A DNA stretch of 64,000 nt from an uncultured Thermomicrobia bacterium (GTDB lineage: Bacteria; Chloroflexota; Chloroflexia; Thermomicrobiales; JALYUS01), in NCBI GenBank assembly GCA_937968015.1, contig CALBSO010000059.1, forward strand, positions 14,075 to 78,074. Reading direction: 5' to 3'. The notes under the pieces were generated by a model that was given only the letters and a program-made list of their open reading frames with translations, searched no databases and had not been told where the DNA came from. Below are positions 43,732 through 52,305 of the stretch, in pieces (position 1 is the stretch's first letter; the number at the start of each line of letters is the position of its first letter). Made by a program: the position numbers and the translations under genes.

Positions 43732-44565
43732 CCGACTTGGTTGACATGTCGGGCACCAATGCGTGCTGCGACCGGCGAGGCGCATCTGGACAATAATGTC
43801 CGTGCCGCAGGTGAGGCAGGGCTGGCCGTGGCGGTGATAGACGCGGAGATGCAGCAAATTGCCACCGGGATTGCCGAAGGCATCGCGGAACCCCTCGGCG
43901 TCGAAGGTCGTGCCATTGTGCGCGACGCCGCTGGCGATCACCTCCTTGATGGCGGCCGTCAAACGGCCAATCTCCGCGTCGGTAAGCGTGCCGACGGGCG
44001 TTTGCGGATGGATACCGGCACGGTGGAGGGATTCGTCTGCGTAGATATTGCCGAGGCCGGCGATCCGCGTTTGATCGAGCAGCGCGGCCTTCGTCGCCAG
44101 TTTCGGGGATGTGCCAAGCGCGGTGCGGACCGCTGCCGCGTCGAGCGCGTCATCGAGCGGTTCGTGGCCGAGATTGGCGAGGCAGGCTGCCAGCCCTGCC
44201 GGATCGAGCACTTCGGCGGTGCCGAAGCGGCGCATGTCGCCGAAGCGCAGTTCCGTCCCGTTATCGAGGCGCAATGCGACGCGGTGAAAACGGGTAGGTG
44301 GATCGTCGGCCTGGGCGATGGTCAGCGCGCCCGTCATACGCAGGTGAACGACGAGCGCGAGGTCATCATCGAGGTCGAAGATGAGGAACTTGGCGCGCCG
44401 CCGCACGGCGCGGATCGCGCGCCCGATGAGCGCGGCCTGCCACGCGGCCTGCCACGCGCGCCATGTGGGTTCCGTTTCGGGCGCGATGACGGCAACAATC
44501 CGGCGGCCGGGCAGCGCACGCTCCAGCCCCCGCCGGACGGTTTCTACTTCGGGGAGTTCAGGCAC
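43723..44565 (-). CDS. mutM: Formamidopyrimidine-DNA glycosylase
   Basis: MPELPEVE N-terminus, H2TH region, C-terminal zinc finger CLTCG...HWCPTCQ. Confidence 0.9.
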   Translation of the reverse strand: MPELPEVETVRRGLERALPGRRIVAVIAPETEPTWRAWQAAWQAALIGRAIRAVRRRAKFLIFDLDDDLALVVHLRMTGALTIAQADDPPTRFHRVALRLDNGTELRFGDMRRFGTAEVLDPAGLAACLANLGHEPLDDALDAAAVRTALGTSPKLATKAALLDQTRIAGLGNIYADESLHRAGIHPQTPVGTLTDAEIGRLTAAIKEVIASGVAHNGTTFDAEGFRDAFGNPGGNLLHLRVYHRHGQPCLTCGTDIIVQMRLAGRSTHWCPTCQPSREK

Positions 44566-44639
44566 AATCCAGCGCTACCTCCTGTCTATACGAAAGTATA
44601 CCGCTGTTTCGCGGCTGTCGAGTACGGTACAATCCAGCC

Positions 44640-45587
44640 ATGAACGCCGATCCATCCACGCCGCCGTCCACGCCCGATCTGACGCATCTCCCAACGATTC
44701 AGCAGACGCTCCTCGACTGGTACGCCCGCGAAGGGCGGGACTTGCCGTGGCGGCGGACGCGCGACCCGTACGCGATCCTCGTCTCCGAACTGATGTTGCA
44801 GCAGACGCAGGTGGATCGCGTCGTCCCGAAATGGGAGGAGTGGCTGGCACGGTTTCCGACCCTCGCATCGCTGGCGGATGCACCGACGAGCGACGTGATC
44901 AAGGCGTGGGCGGGGTTGGGGTACAACCGGCGTGCGATCAATCTCCAGCGGCTCGCACAAGCGGTCGTTGCGGTACATGGCGGGCGTGTCCCGGAGGATG
45001 TCGCGGAATTGAAGGCGCTCCCCGGCATTGGGCCATACACGGCGGGTGCGGTCGCCGCCTTCGCGCATAACCGCCCGGTGGCGATGGTGGATGTCAATAT
45101 CCGCCGCCTTTTGCACCGCCTCTTTGTTGGTGCGGAGGCGCCGGACTACCGCCTCTCCGAGGCTGCCATCTGGACGCTGGCGCGCGCCGCCGTGCCGCCA
45201 GGCCGGAGCGCGGACTGGCATCAGGCGCTGATGGATCTCGGTGCGACGATCTGCCGCTCTCGCCCGCTCTGTGACCGCTGCCCGGTGCGCGCGTGGTGCC
45301 GCGCCGCGCCGGAGTGGGCACTCCTGCCGCCCGATGTGCCGCGCCCGACGCGGTCGCAGGGCAAGTGGGAAGGCTCCAATCGCCAGTATCGCGGCCGCAT
45401 CCTCCGCACCCTCGGCGCACTCCCACACGGCGACACCCTCTCGCTGCCACTCCTCGGCGCGCGGGTGCGCGAGGGATACACCGAATCTGACGCGGCATGG
45501 CTTCTTGGCCTCGTCCGCGCGCTCGTCAATGATGGTCTCGTTCTCCTTTCCGGTGACGAGGGCGCGTATGCCGTCCGGCTCCCCTGA
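44640..45587 (+). CDS. HhH-GPD DNA glycosylase, MutY-like (adenine glycosylase family) with a [4Fe-4S] loop
   Basis: DPYAILVSELMLQQTQV, LPGIGPYTAGAV, CRSRPLCDRCPVRAWC. The C-terminal 95 aa do not show the usual MutY NUDIX-like pattern. Confidence 0.75.
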   Translation: MNADPSTPPSTPDLTHLPTIQQTLLDWYAREGRDLPWRRTRDPYAILVSELMLQQTQVDRVVPKWEEWLARFPTLASLADAPTSDVIKAWAGLGYNRRAINLQRLAQAVVAVHGGRVPEDVAELKALPGIGPYTAGAVAAFAHNRPVAMVDVNIRRLLHRLFVGAEAPDYRLSEAAIWTLARAAVPPGRSADWHQALMDLGATICRSRPLCDRCPVRAWCRAAPEWALLPPDVPRPTRSQGKWEGSNRQYRGRILRTLGALPHGDTLSLPLLGARVREGYTESDAAWLLGLVRALVNDGLVLLSGDEGAYAVRLP

Positions 45588-45705
45588 TGGAGTGGTGCAG
45601 GCTTCAGCCTATGCCACTCCGCGTTGATGTCACACGGCGTGTTCTCCCGGTGTTACCATACGATGTGAAGGCAGGTCCGGGGGCGTCTTGGGAGCAGCGG
45701 GGAAC

Positions 45706-46947
45706 ATGAGCACACAGACGACAATTGCGCGGTATGGGCGGTGGCTCGTCGCGCTCGGTTTTGTTCTGCGGATAACCATGTCCGGCCCGGTCGCGTTGCC
45801 GGTAGCAGCGGCGGATCTGCCGTTCGCAGGGGATGACACGTTCCAGCTCGGCCCAACGATCGTCGGCGACCCGACGACCGTTTCGATCGCGGTGGACCGT
45901 GCCTATGGCCCGCTCGCGGATGATGCCGGTCATCTGCACGCGGACCTGATCGGCAAAAGTGTCGTGGCTGATACCGCCCTTGAGGTCGCGCCAGCAGACG
46001 GAGCGCCACCGGCTTTTTCCGTCGCGATCAACGGCTTCGCGGTGCAGAGTGGATGGCAGCCGGTCGGATCGGATAGCCGCGTCTACCGCCTGACACTCCC
46101 GACGGCGCAAGTTCTCTTCCCGCAGCCCGGCGATGCGGACACTGCGCTTATCCCGCGCATCAACATACTGACGCTCACCGGCGCGTCGGCATCGCTGGAT
46201 TGGTTGCGGCTGATCGTGCCCGGTACGCCGCCCGTACTCTTGATGGCGGGCGCCGACTTGTCGTGCGGCACGCCCGGCCCGACCGATACGACCGAGACCT
46301 GGGACGACTGGGGCCGCTGGCTGACGACGGACGGCATCCCCTACCGCGCTCCCGCTCGCGATGGGCGGCTGACCGTCACGGAACAACTCCCGGCGCTCGA
46401 CAATGGTTACGCCTTCCTCCGGCGCGCGTACGGCCCGGATCGCCCCGGTCTCTCGCCGCGCGTCACGCTCGTCGGCTACAGCATGGGCGGGCTGGTGGCG
46501 CGGCTCTGGGCGTTCCAGCACCCCGGCGTGGTGACGCACGTCGTCGAGATTGCCAGCCCGGACGCCGGAACGGATGCCGCGGCGAACTTCTTCGCCATCT
46601 TTCTCTCCCGCTGCGCGAGCGGCGCGCTGCATGATCTGTCGCCCTTCTTCGTCGCTGACTTTAACAACCGCGTGGACCTCTCCCACTATTGGGATCCGGA
46701 CCCCGCCGCGACGCACATCACCACGATGACCGCCGTGCCGCCAAATGGGGAGGAGACGGATGGCGTCGTGCCAGCGGCGAGTGCCGATGCTCTGCCCTAC
46801 GCGACGCATCTGACGTGGGTGGCGGATGTCGTCGCGCGCTCGATTTCGCTCCATCTCGCACTTCCTCATGCCGAGAAGGTTTATACGGACCTGCGCGATG
46901 CGTCAGGGTTCGCATCGCCGTTGCCGGATGCGCGGACGGGGCAATAG
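45706..46947 (+). CDS. Secreted alpha/beta hydrolase (PGAP1/lipase class 2-like)
   Basis: Signal-like N-terminus. GYSMGGLVAR nucleophile elbow followed by VVEIASPDAG. Confidence 0.6.
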   Translation: MSTQTTIARYGRWLVALGFVLRITMSGPVALPVAAADLPFAGDDTFQLGPTIVGDPTTVSIAVDRAYGPLADDAGHLHADLIGKSVVADTALEVAPADGAPPAFSVAINGFAVQSGWQPVGSDSRVYRLTLPTAQVLFPQPGDADTALIPRINILTLTGASASLDWLRLIVPGTPPVLLMAGADLSCGTPGPTDTTETWDDWGRWLTTDGIPYRAPARDGRLTVTEQLPALDNGYAFLRRAYGPDRPGLSPRVTLVGYSMGGLVARLWAFQHPGVVTHVVEIASPDAGTDAAANFFAIFLSRCASGALHDLSPFFVADFNNRVDLSHYWDPDPAATHITTMTAVPPNGEETDGVVPAASADALPYATHLTWVADVVARSISLHLALPHAEKVYTDLRDASGFASPLPDARTGQ

Positions 46948-47168
46948 GCGGTATCTCCGGCGAGAGAAACCGCACCGGATGCTCACACGGCAATGCGTCG
47001 TCACCGTTCGGAGCCGAGCAATCAACATTTTGTGTATCCGTTCATCGCCTCCACACAATATGCACACTTTCTGCTATCATGCGTCTGATATGCTCAATCG
47101 GCGTGGCACGCGGGTGACGGGAAACGTCGTGTGCCGCTTGCCGTCGCGAACGGAAGAGGATAGCGACG

Positions 47169-48275
47169 ATGTCCACCTGGCCTGACCGCACGGTTGCACC
47201 GGACGACGCCCCGACGCTGCTGTTCACGATCCATGACGTCCCCTTTGTCGTCCGCTCGAACGACGCGGCGGTGATCGCGCACGTCGGGCGATTGGTGCAG
47301 CGCTACCGGGCGGCGGAGCCGCAGGCGGCAACGGGGCCGCGGCAGGAACTGAACGCCATTCAGGGCGTTTCCACCATGGATACGGGCCGTCTGACCGATG
47401 TGCCGCGACGTTCCGGCACGCGGAAACCGGCGCGGGTGGCGACCGCCGATCTGGGCGACAGCCGCGTGATCCTTCGACGCGAGACGGGCGTCGTGACGAC
47501 GATCCGGCCCGATGGGTGGACGATCACCGGCGACCTCCGGGCGCATCCGGGCGAGGTGACGCGTGCGCTGGATGCGATGCTCTCACTCGCGCTCGTCGAG
47601 CGGGGCTACCTGACGCTCAAGGGGTCCGCTCTGACGCGGGATGGGCGAGGCGTCGCGCTCGTCGGTGGGCCGGACACCGCCCGCCGCGCACTGGCAGTAA
47701 CGCTCCTCGGACGAGGTTTCCGGTGGGTGACGGAGGATGCATTGCTCGTGCGCGTCGCCGCTGGGCACGTCGAGATGCGGGGCTTGCCCGGTCTCCTGCG
47801 CCTCGGCCCCGCCGCGATGCTCGCGCATCCGGCCCTCCGTGCCATGCTCTCAGACGACGAGCGCGCGCGGTACGCGGGGCAGACGTGGCGCGACCTGCGG
47901 GAGATCGAGGCGCGCTACGTCGTGGAGGCGGCGGACGCTTTCGGCGTGGATGGGACTGCGGCGGGCGGTGTGCTGGAGATGATCGTCGCGCTCCGCTGGA
48001 AGGGCAGCGAGACGGATGGCCCACCCGCCGTCACCCCCCTTGCCCGCTCCGAGGCGTATGAGGCGCTGGCGGACGCGACCCGCTCCTACGGGCTGTACGA
48101 TGTATGCGGCTCACTCCCGCCGAACTTCCACCGCCTCCAGCGCATCGCGGAGACCGTCACGATGCACGCCGTCACCGGGCCGGTGGAGTTGCAAACCGTC
48201 GCGGATGCCCTGGTCGCTGACGAAGCGGAGATTGCCGCGCACAACATCGCCGCGACCGCCAATGGGACACACTGA
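47169..48275 (+). CDS. HprK-C-terminal-domain-like protein with a degenerate P-loop (possible pseudokinase)
   Basis: LKGSALTRDGRGVALVGGPDTARRALAVTLLGRGFRWVTEDALLV aligns by eye with the HprK pattern lHG..v...G.GvLl.G.SG.GKS..AleL..RG..LvaDD, but GxSGxGKS is replaced by GGPDTARR. Confidence 0.4.
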   Translation: MSTWPDRTVAPDDAPTLLFTIHDVPFVVRSNDAAVIAHVGRLVQRYRAAEPQAATGPRQELNAIQGVSTMDTGRLTDVPRRSGTRKPARVATADLGDSRVILRRETGVVTTIRPDGWTITGDLRAHPGEVTRALDAMLSLALVERGYLTLKGSALTRDGRGVALVGGPDTARRALAVTLLGRGFRWVTEDALLVRVAAGHVEMRGLPGLLRLGPAAMLAHPALRAMLSDDERARYAGQTWRDLREIEARYVVEAADAFGVDGTAAGGVLEMIVALRWKGSETDGPPAVTPLARSEAYEALADATRSYGLYDVCGSLPPNFHRLQRIAETVTMHAVTGPVELQTVADALVADEAEIAAHNIAATANGTH

Positions 48276-48278
48276 ACG

Positions 48279-49247
48279 GTGGCGTACCGTGCCGCCGTGC
48301 TTGATGTCGGGACGAACACCGTCCGCCTGCTCGTCGCTGATTGCACGGACGGCGGCCTGACGCCGGTGCTCGACCGGACGCATATGTCCCGTCTCGGCCT
48401 CGGCGCGAGTGCGGACGGCACGCTGGCAGCGGAAAGCGTCGCCCGCACCGCTGAGGGGGCGATCTCGCTCGTCCGCGAGGCACGCGCGGCGGGCACGACG
48501 ACGATCCTGATGGTCGGCACCGCCGCCGTACGGGACGCGCCGAACCGGGATGCGCTCCTCGAACGGATTGAGCGAGAGACGGGCATCGCCTGCCGTGTCA
48601 TTGATGGCGAGACCGAGGCGTCCCTGACCTTCCTCGGTGCGACCGCTGGCTATCCGCTCGACGGTACACTGGCGGTCGGCGACATCGGCGGCGGCAGCAC
48701 GGAGCGGATCATCGCGGTGGACGGCACGATTCGCGAGCGGTTTTCTGTGCCGATCGGCTCCGGCCGTCTGACAGAGCGGACAATCACGCATGACCCGCCG
48801 ACGGACGCCGATCTCGCCGCCGCGACGCGCGCCGCTGACGATGCCCTCCGCACGCTGCGACCGGTCCGGGCGGCCGCACTCCTGCTCGCGGGGGGCACCG
48901 CCTCCGCGCTCGGCACATTGCAAGGCACGGTGACCCTCGACGATGCAGCCCTCGATGCCGCGCTCGCGATGCTCCAATCCATGCCTGCCGCCGCGCTCGC
49001 TCCGAAGGTTGATTTGGAAGTGGCCCGCGTCAGCCTGATGGCGGCGGGTGCGATCATCGTCCGCGCGCTTGCCCACACCTGCGGCCTCACCGCCGCGACG
49101 GTCGCCCGTGGCGGCATCCGTGAGGGCACATTGCTCGCCGCAATGCGGGGAGAGTACGGCTTCTCTCTCCGAGGGGGGAAAAACGATTTGCCACGAAAGC
49201 AGAGAGAACAGGGTAACGGGAGAGATGAAGTGCATGGGTGTGATTGA
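48279..49247 (+). CDS. Ppx/GppA-family phosphatase, short form (actin-like ATPase domains only, no HD domain)
   Basis: AAVLDVGTNTVRLLVA, MVGTAAVRDAPN, DGETEASLTFLGA, DIGGGSTE. GTG start 4 nt after the upstream stop. Confidence 0.85.
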   Translation: MAYRAAVLDVGTNTVRLLVADCTDGGLTPVLDRTHMSRLGLGASADGTLAAESVARTAEGAISLVREARAAGTTTILMVGTAAVRDAPNRDALLERIERETGIACRVIDGETEASLTFLGATAGYPLDGTLAVGDIGGGSTERIIAVDGTIRERFSVPIGSGRLTERTITHDPPTDADLAAATRAADDALRTLRPVRAAALLLAGGTASALGTLQGTVTLDDAALDAALAMLQSMPAAALAPKVDLEVARVSLMAAGAIIVRALAHTCGLTAATVARGGIREGTLLAAMRGEYGFSLRGGKNDLPRKQREQGNGRDEVHGCD

Positions 49248-49738
49248 GTGATAAGGGGCAAGAGAAGGTGAGCAAGAAGGAGAGACAGTTCGGCCCGGAG
49301 ACTGCCTTTCGCGATGCCGCCGCGCGAGCGCTAACCGAACGGCTCGATGCGCTGATGGCACACGAAGCGGGCACGCGGACGGGGACCGATCCGGAGGAAT
49401 TGCACGATATGCGTGTCGCCTCGCGGCGGTTGCGGGCGGCGGTGGAAGCGTTCAGCGTCTGCTACCAGGGCAAGGAGTTCGCGCGGGTCGCGAAGCAAAC
49501 GAAGGAATTGACCGACGCGCTCGGTGGTGTGCGGGACAGCGATGTGCTGCTCGCGCGGATGGAAGCGTACGCCGCGACCGTGCCGCCGGACGAACGGCCC
49601 GCCATCGCCGGGTTCATCGGCCGCATCGAGGCGGACCGAGAAACGCGCCGCGCGACGATGCTGCGCGCCCTCGATGACCTGGCGGCAACCCACTACGCGA
49701 AGCGGTTTCGTGCCGTCGCCGCGCATCCCACCAATTAG
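49244..49738 (+). CDS. CHAD-domain protein, first half-bundle
   Basis: ELHDMRVASRRLRAAVEAF...LGGVRDSDV is the CHAD signature. TTGA overlap with the ppx stop. GTG 49268 is an alternative start. Confidence 0.75.
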   Translation: MSDKGQEKVSKKERQFGPETAFRDAAARALTERLDALMAHEAGTRTGTDPEELHDMRVASRRLRAAVEAFSVCYQGKEFARVAKQTKELTDALGGVRDSDVLLARMEAYAATVPPDERPAIAGFIGRIEADRETRRATMLRALDDLAATHYAKRFRAVAAHPTN

Positions 49739-49747
49739 GAGCACCGA

Positions 49748-50335
49748 ATGGCCCGCGCACGCACCATCCATGGCCTGAAACCGAAGGGAACCGTCCGCGC
49801 CAATGCGCGGAAGATCGTCGCCGCCCGCACCGACGAATTTTTTGCGTTCGCGCCCTTCCTTGCCGATTCGACGAACATCACGGAGTTGCACGACATGCGG
49901 ATCGCTGCCAAGCGCCTCCGCTACGCCCTCGAACTCTTCGCCGACGCGCTCGGCCCGGAGACCGCCGCCTGCATCGAGCGTATCAAGGAGTTTCAGGAGG
50001 TCGTCGGCGACATCCATGACCACGATGTACATGCGGACATCCTGCGCGCCCATCTGGAAACTCTCGCCGCCGCTCGCGCGCACACGCTCGCCGACCGCGC
50101 GATGCGGACGGACGAAGCGATCGAACCATTCAAGAAGCAGAGCCGCGCCTTCGTCACCGACGATGCCTGGGTCGCGGAGCAGGCCGCGATCGCCGCCGCC
50201 ATCGTCCGCACGATGCGCGAGCGACGGCAGCGGCACACCGACCTCGTCGCCGAGTGGGAGCGGTGGAACGCGGCGGGTTTGCGCGAGCAGTTGGATGCCC
50301 TCTCCCCCGGCCCTTCCGCGAAACGCGATTTTTAA
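49748..50335 (+). CDS. CHAD-domain protein, second half-bundle
   Basis: ELHDMRIAAKRLRYALELF...VVGDIHDHDV. Same reading frame as the previous ORF, separated only by TAG plus 3 codons. The AGGAG formed by the TAG lies 6 nt upstream of the ATG. Confidence 0.75.
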   Translation: MARARTIHGLKPKGTVRANARKIVAARTDEFFAFAPFLADSTNITELHDMRIAAKRLRYALELFADALGPETAACIERIKEFQEVVGDIHDHDVHADILRAHLETLAAARAHTLADRAMRTDEAIEPFKKQSRAFVTDDAWVAEQAAIAAAIVRTMRERRQRHTDLVAEWERWNAAGLREQLDALSPGPSAKRDF

Positions 50336-50429
50336 ACCGCGCGGCTTCACTCATTGCTCATCGCTGACAGCGGCATCAATCTTGCAAACGCCTTCCGGTT
50401 GATCGGGCGCGCGTGAGCGGGAGTAGGGT

Positions 50430-51920
50430 ATGGCGCGTCTCGGGTGGGGAGGGACGGAACGCGTGATTCCTGTACTGCCGACGCATATCGCGGGACTGGA
50501 TGAAATCCTTGGTGGGGGTATCCCGCATCGCTCGACGATCATTCTCCTCGGTAGGTCGGGGGCGGGCAAGACGATTCTCACCGAACAGATCGCGATTCAG
50601 CAGGCGAAAGCGGGCAAACGCGTTCTCGTTCTTACCGCGCTCTCGGAATCGCACGAGCAACTGCTGACCTCACTTCGCCAGTTCTCGTTTTTTGACGAGG
50701 CACTCGTTGGCGACCGCATGCGCTACCTCAGCATTCAGACCCTCCTGCGGGACGGATTGGCGGCGACGGCGGATTCCATCCTCGAGATCGTCCGTGCGGA
50801 GGATGTCTCGCTCGTCATCCTCGATGGCTTCCGGGGCGTCGCGGGCTTCGCCAATTCGGAGAGTGAAGTGCGGCTCTTCCTCTACGAAGTGCGCACCCGG
50901 CTCGCGCTCATGGAAGTAACGACCCTCGTGACACTCGAAGCCATGCCCGGCCAGGAGAGCGATTCAAGCGCGCTGACCGTCGCGGACGGCATTATCAAAC
51001 TGCACAACTCCCTCTGGGGCGTGCGGCATCGCCGCCAGATCGAGATTCAGAAACTCCGGGCGATGAACCATCTCGATGGCTTGCACACGATGACGATTAC
51101 CGGCGATGGGATTATCTGTTACCCGCGCCATGAAGCCGTCTACCGAACCGTGAACTATACCGTCAGCCGTGAGCGTGCCGCGCTTGGCCTGCCCGAACTC
51201 GATGCAATGCTCCGTGGCGGGTTGAACCGGGGCACGGTGACGTTCTTCGCGGGCAGTCCCGGCGTGGGGAAGACGCTGACCGCGCTCCACTATGTAATGG
51301 AGGGCGTGGCGGCGGGCGAGCCGGGGCTTTTTATCTGTTTCAATGAGAGCGAGGAGCAACTCTCTCTCAAGGCGGAGAATTTCGGTCTCGATCTGCGTGG
51401 CGCTGTCGCGCGCGGGGATGTGTCGCTGCTCTGTCTTGCGCCAGTCGAACTTGAAGTGGACATGCTCGCGGCGATGCTGCGAAACCGCGTCGAACGCCTC
51501 GGTATCCGGCGGCTGGTCATTGATTCGATTGCCTCTGTCGAAGGAGCGATTCTCGAACCGAACCGCGCGCCCGGATTCTTCGCCTCGCTCGTGAACTATC
51601 TGCGCGAGCGGAACGTCACCACGATCATGACGCAAGAGAGCAATGTCTCCGGTGACGGTCTGGGTGTGTCGCTCGGAGCGATTCTTGCGGACAACCTGAT
51701 CCTGCTCCGCTCAATCGAGTACCGGGACCACCTGTACCGCGTTATCTCCGTCCTGAAGATGCGGCAAAGTGGCTTCGATCATGGCCTGCGCGAATTTCGC
51801 ATTGAGGACGGGACGATCCGGGTCGTGCCCGTGGAAGAGAGTGGCATCGTGGTGATGGACGGCCTCACCGCGCGGGAGCAGCGTACGATGCGTAGGACTC
51901 AGCCTGATGGGGACGCGTAA
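50430..51920 (+). CDS. KaiC-like double RecA-domain ATPase
   Basis: Two KaiC/RadA-type domains, each with GLDEILGGG- or LDAMLRGG-type loops and a Walker A (GRSGAGKT; GSPGVGKT). 496 aa. Confidence 0.8.
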   Translation: MARLGWGGTERVIPVLPTHIAGLDEILGGGIPHRSTIILLGRSGAGKTILTEQIAIQQAKAGKRVLVLTALSESHEQLLTSLRQFSFFDEALVGDRMRYLSIQTLLRDGLAATADSILEIVRAEDVSLVILDGFRGVAGFANSESEVRLFLYEVRTRLALMEVTTLVTLEAMPGQESDSSALTVADGIIKLHNSLWGVRHRRQIEIQKLRAMNHLDGLHTMTITGDGIICYPRHEAVYRTVNYTVSRERAALGLPELDAMLRGGLNRGTVTFFAGSPGVGKTLTALHYVMEGVAAGEPGLFICFNESEEQLSLKAENFGLDLRGAVARGDVSLLCLAPVELEVDMLAAMLRNRVERLGIRRLVIDSIASVEGAILEPNRAPGFFASLVNYLRERNVTTIMTQESNVSGDGLGVSLGAILADNLILLRSIEYRDHLYRVISVLKMRQSGFDHGLREFRIEDGTIRVVPVEESGIVVMDGLTAREQRTMRRTQPDGDA

Positions 51921-52305
51921 GGTGGCGACGATCCTCATCGTGGACGACGAAGAACCCGTCGTGGACCTACTGACCGATATGCTGGAGGATGACGGCCACA
52001 CGGTCATTGCCGCCTTTAATGGGCGCGTCGCGTTGGAGATCGTCGCGCGGCAGCAACCCGATCTCGTGATCAGCGATGTGATGATGCCGTTCGTGGACGG
52101 CATTCAGTTGTGCAAGCGGCTCCGCGAGGAGCATGATCCGCGTAGCCTGCCCATCATTCTGATGAGCGCCGCCCTCCCGCCCGACCTCTCGACGTGCGGC
52201 GCGAACGCCTTCCTCGGCAAACCCTTCGATATTGACCGCTTCGACGACCTGATCGCGTCGTATGTGTATGGCCGCGGGCCATATCGAAATGGCGCGTTGA
52301 AATAA
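51907..52305 (+). CDS. Stand-alone CheY-like receiver domain protein
   Basis: ILIVDDEE, DLVISDVMMP (phospho-acceptor Asp), GKPF. Overlaps the KaiC-like gene by 14 nt (or GTG 51922, 1 nt after its stop). Confidence 0.85.
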   Translation: MGTRKVATILIVDDEEPVVDLLTDMLEDDGHTVIAAFNGRVALEIVARQQPDLVISDVMMPFVDGIQLCKRLREEHDPRSLPIILMSAALPPDLSTCGANAFLGKPFDIDRFDDLIASYVYGRGPYRNGALK

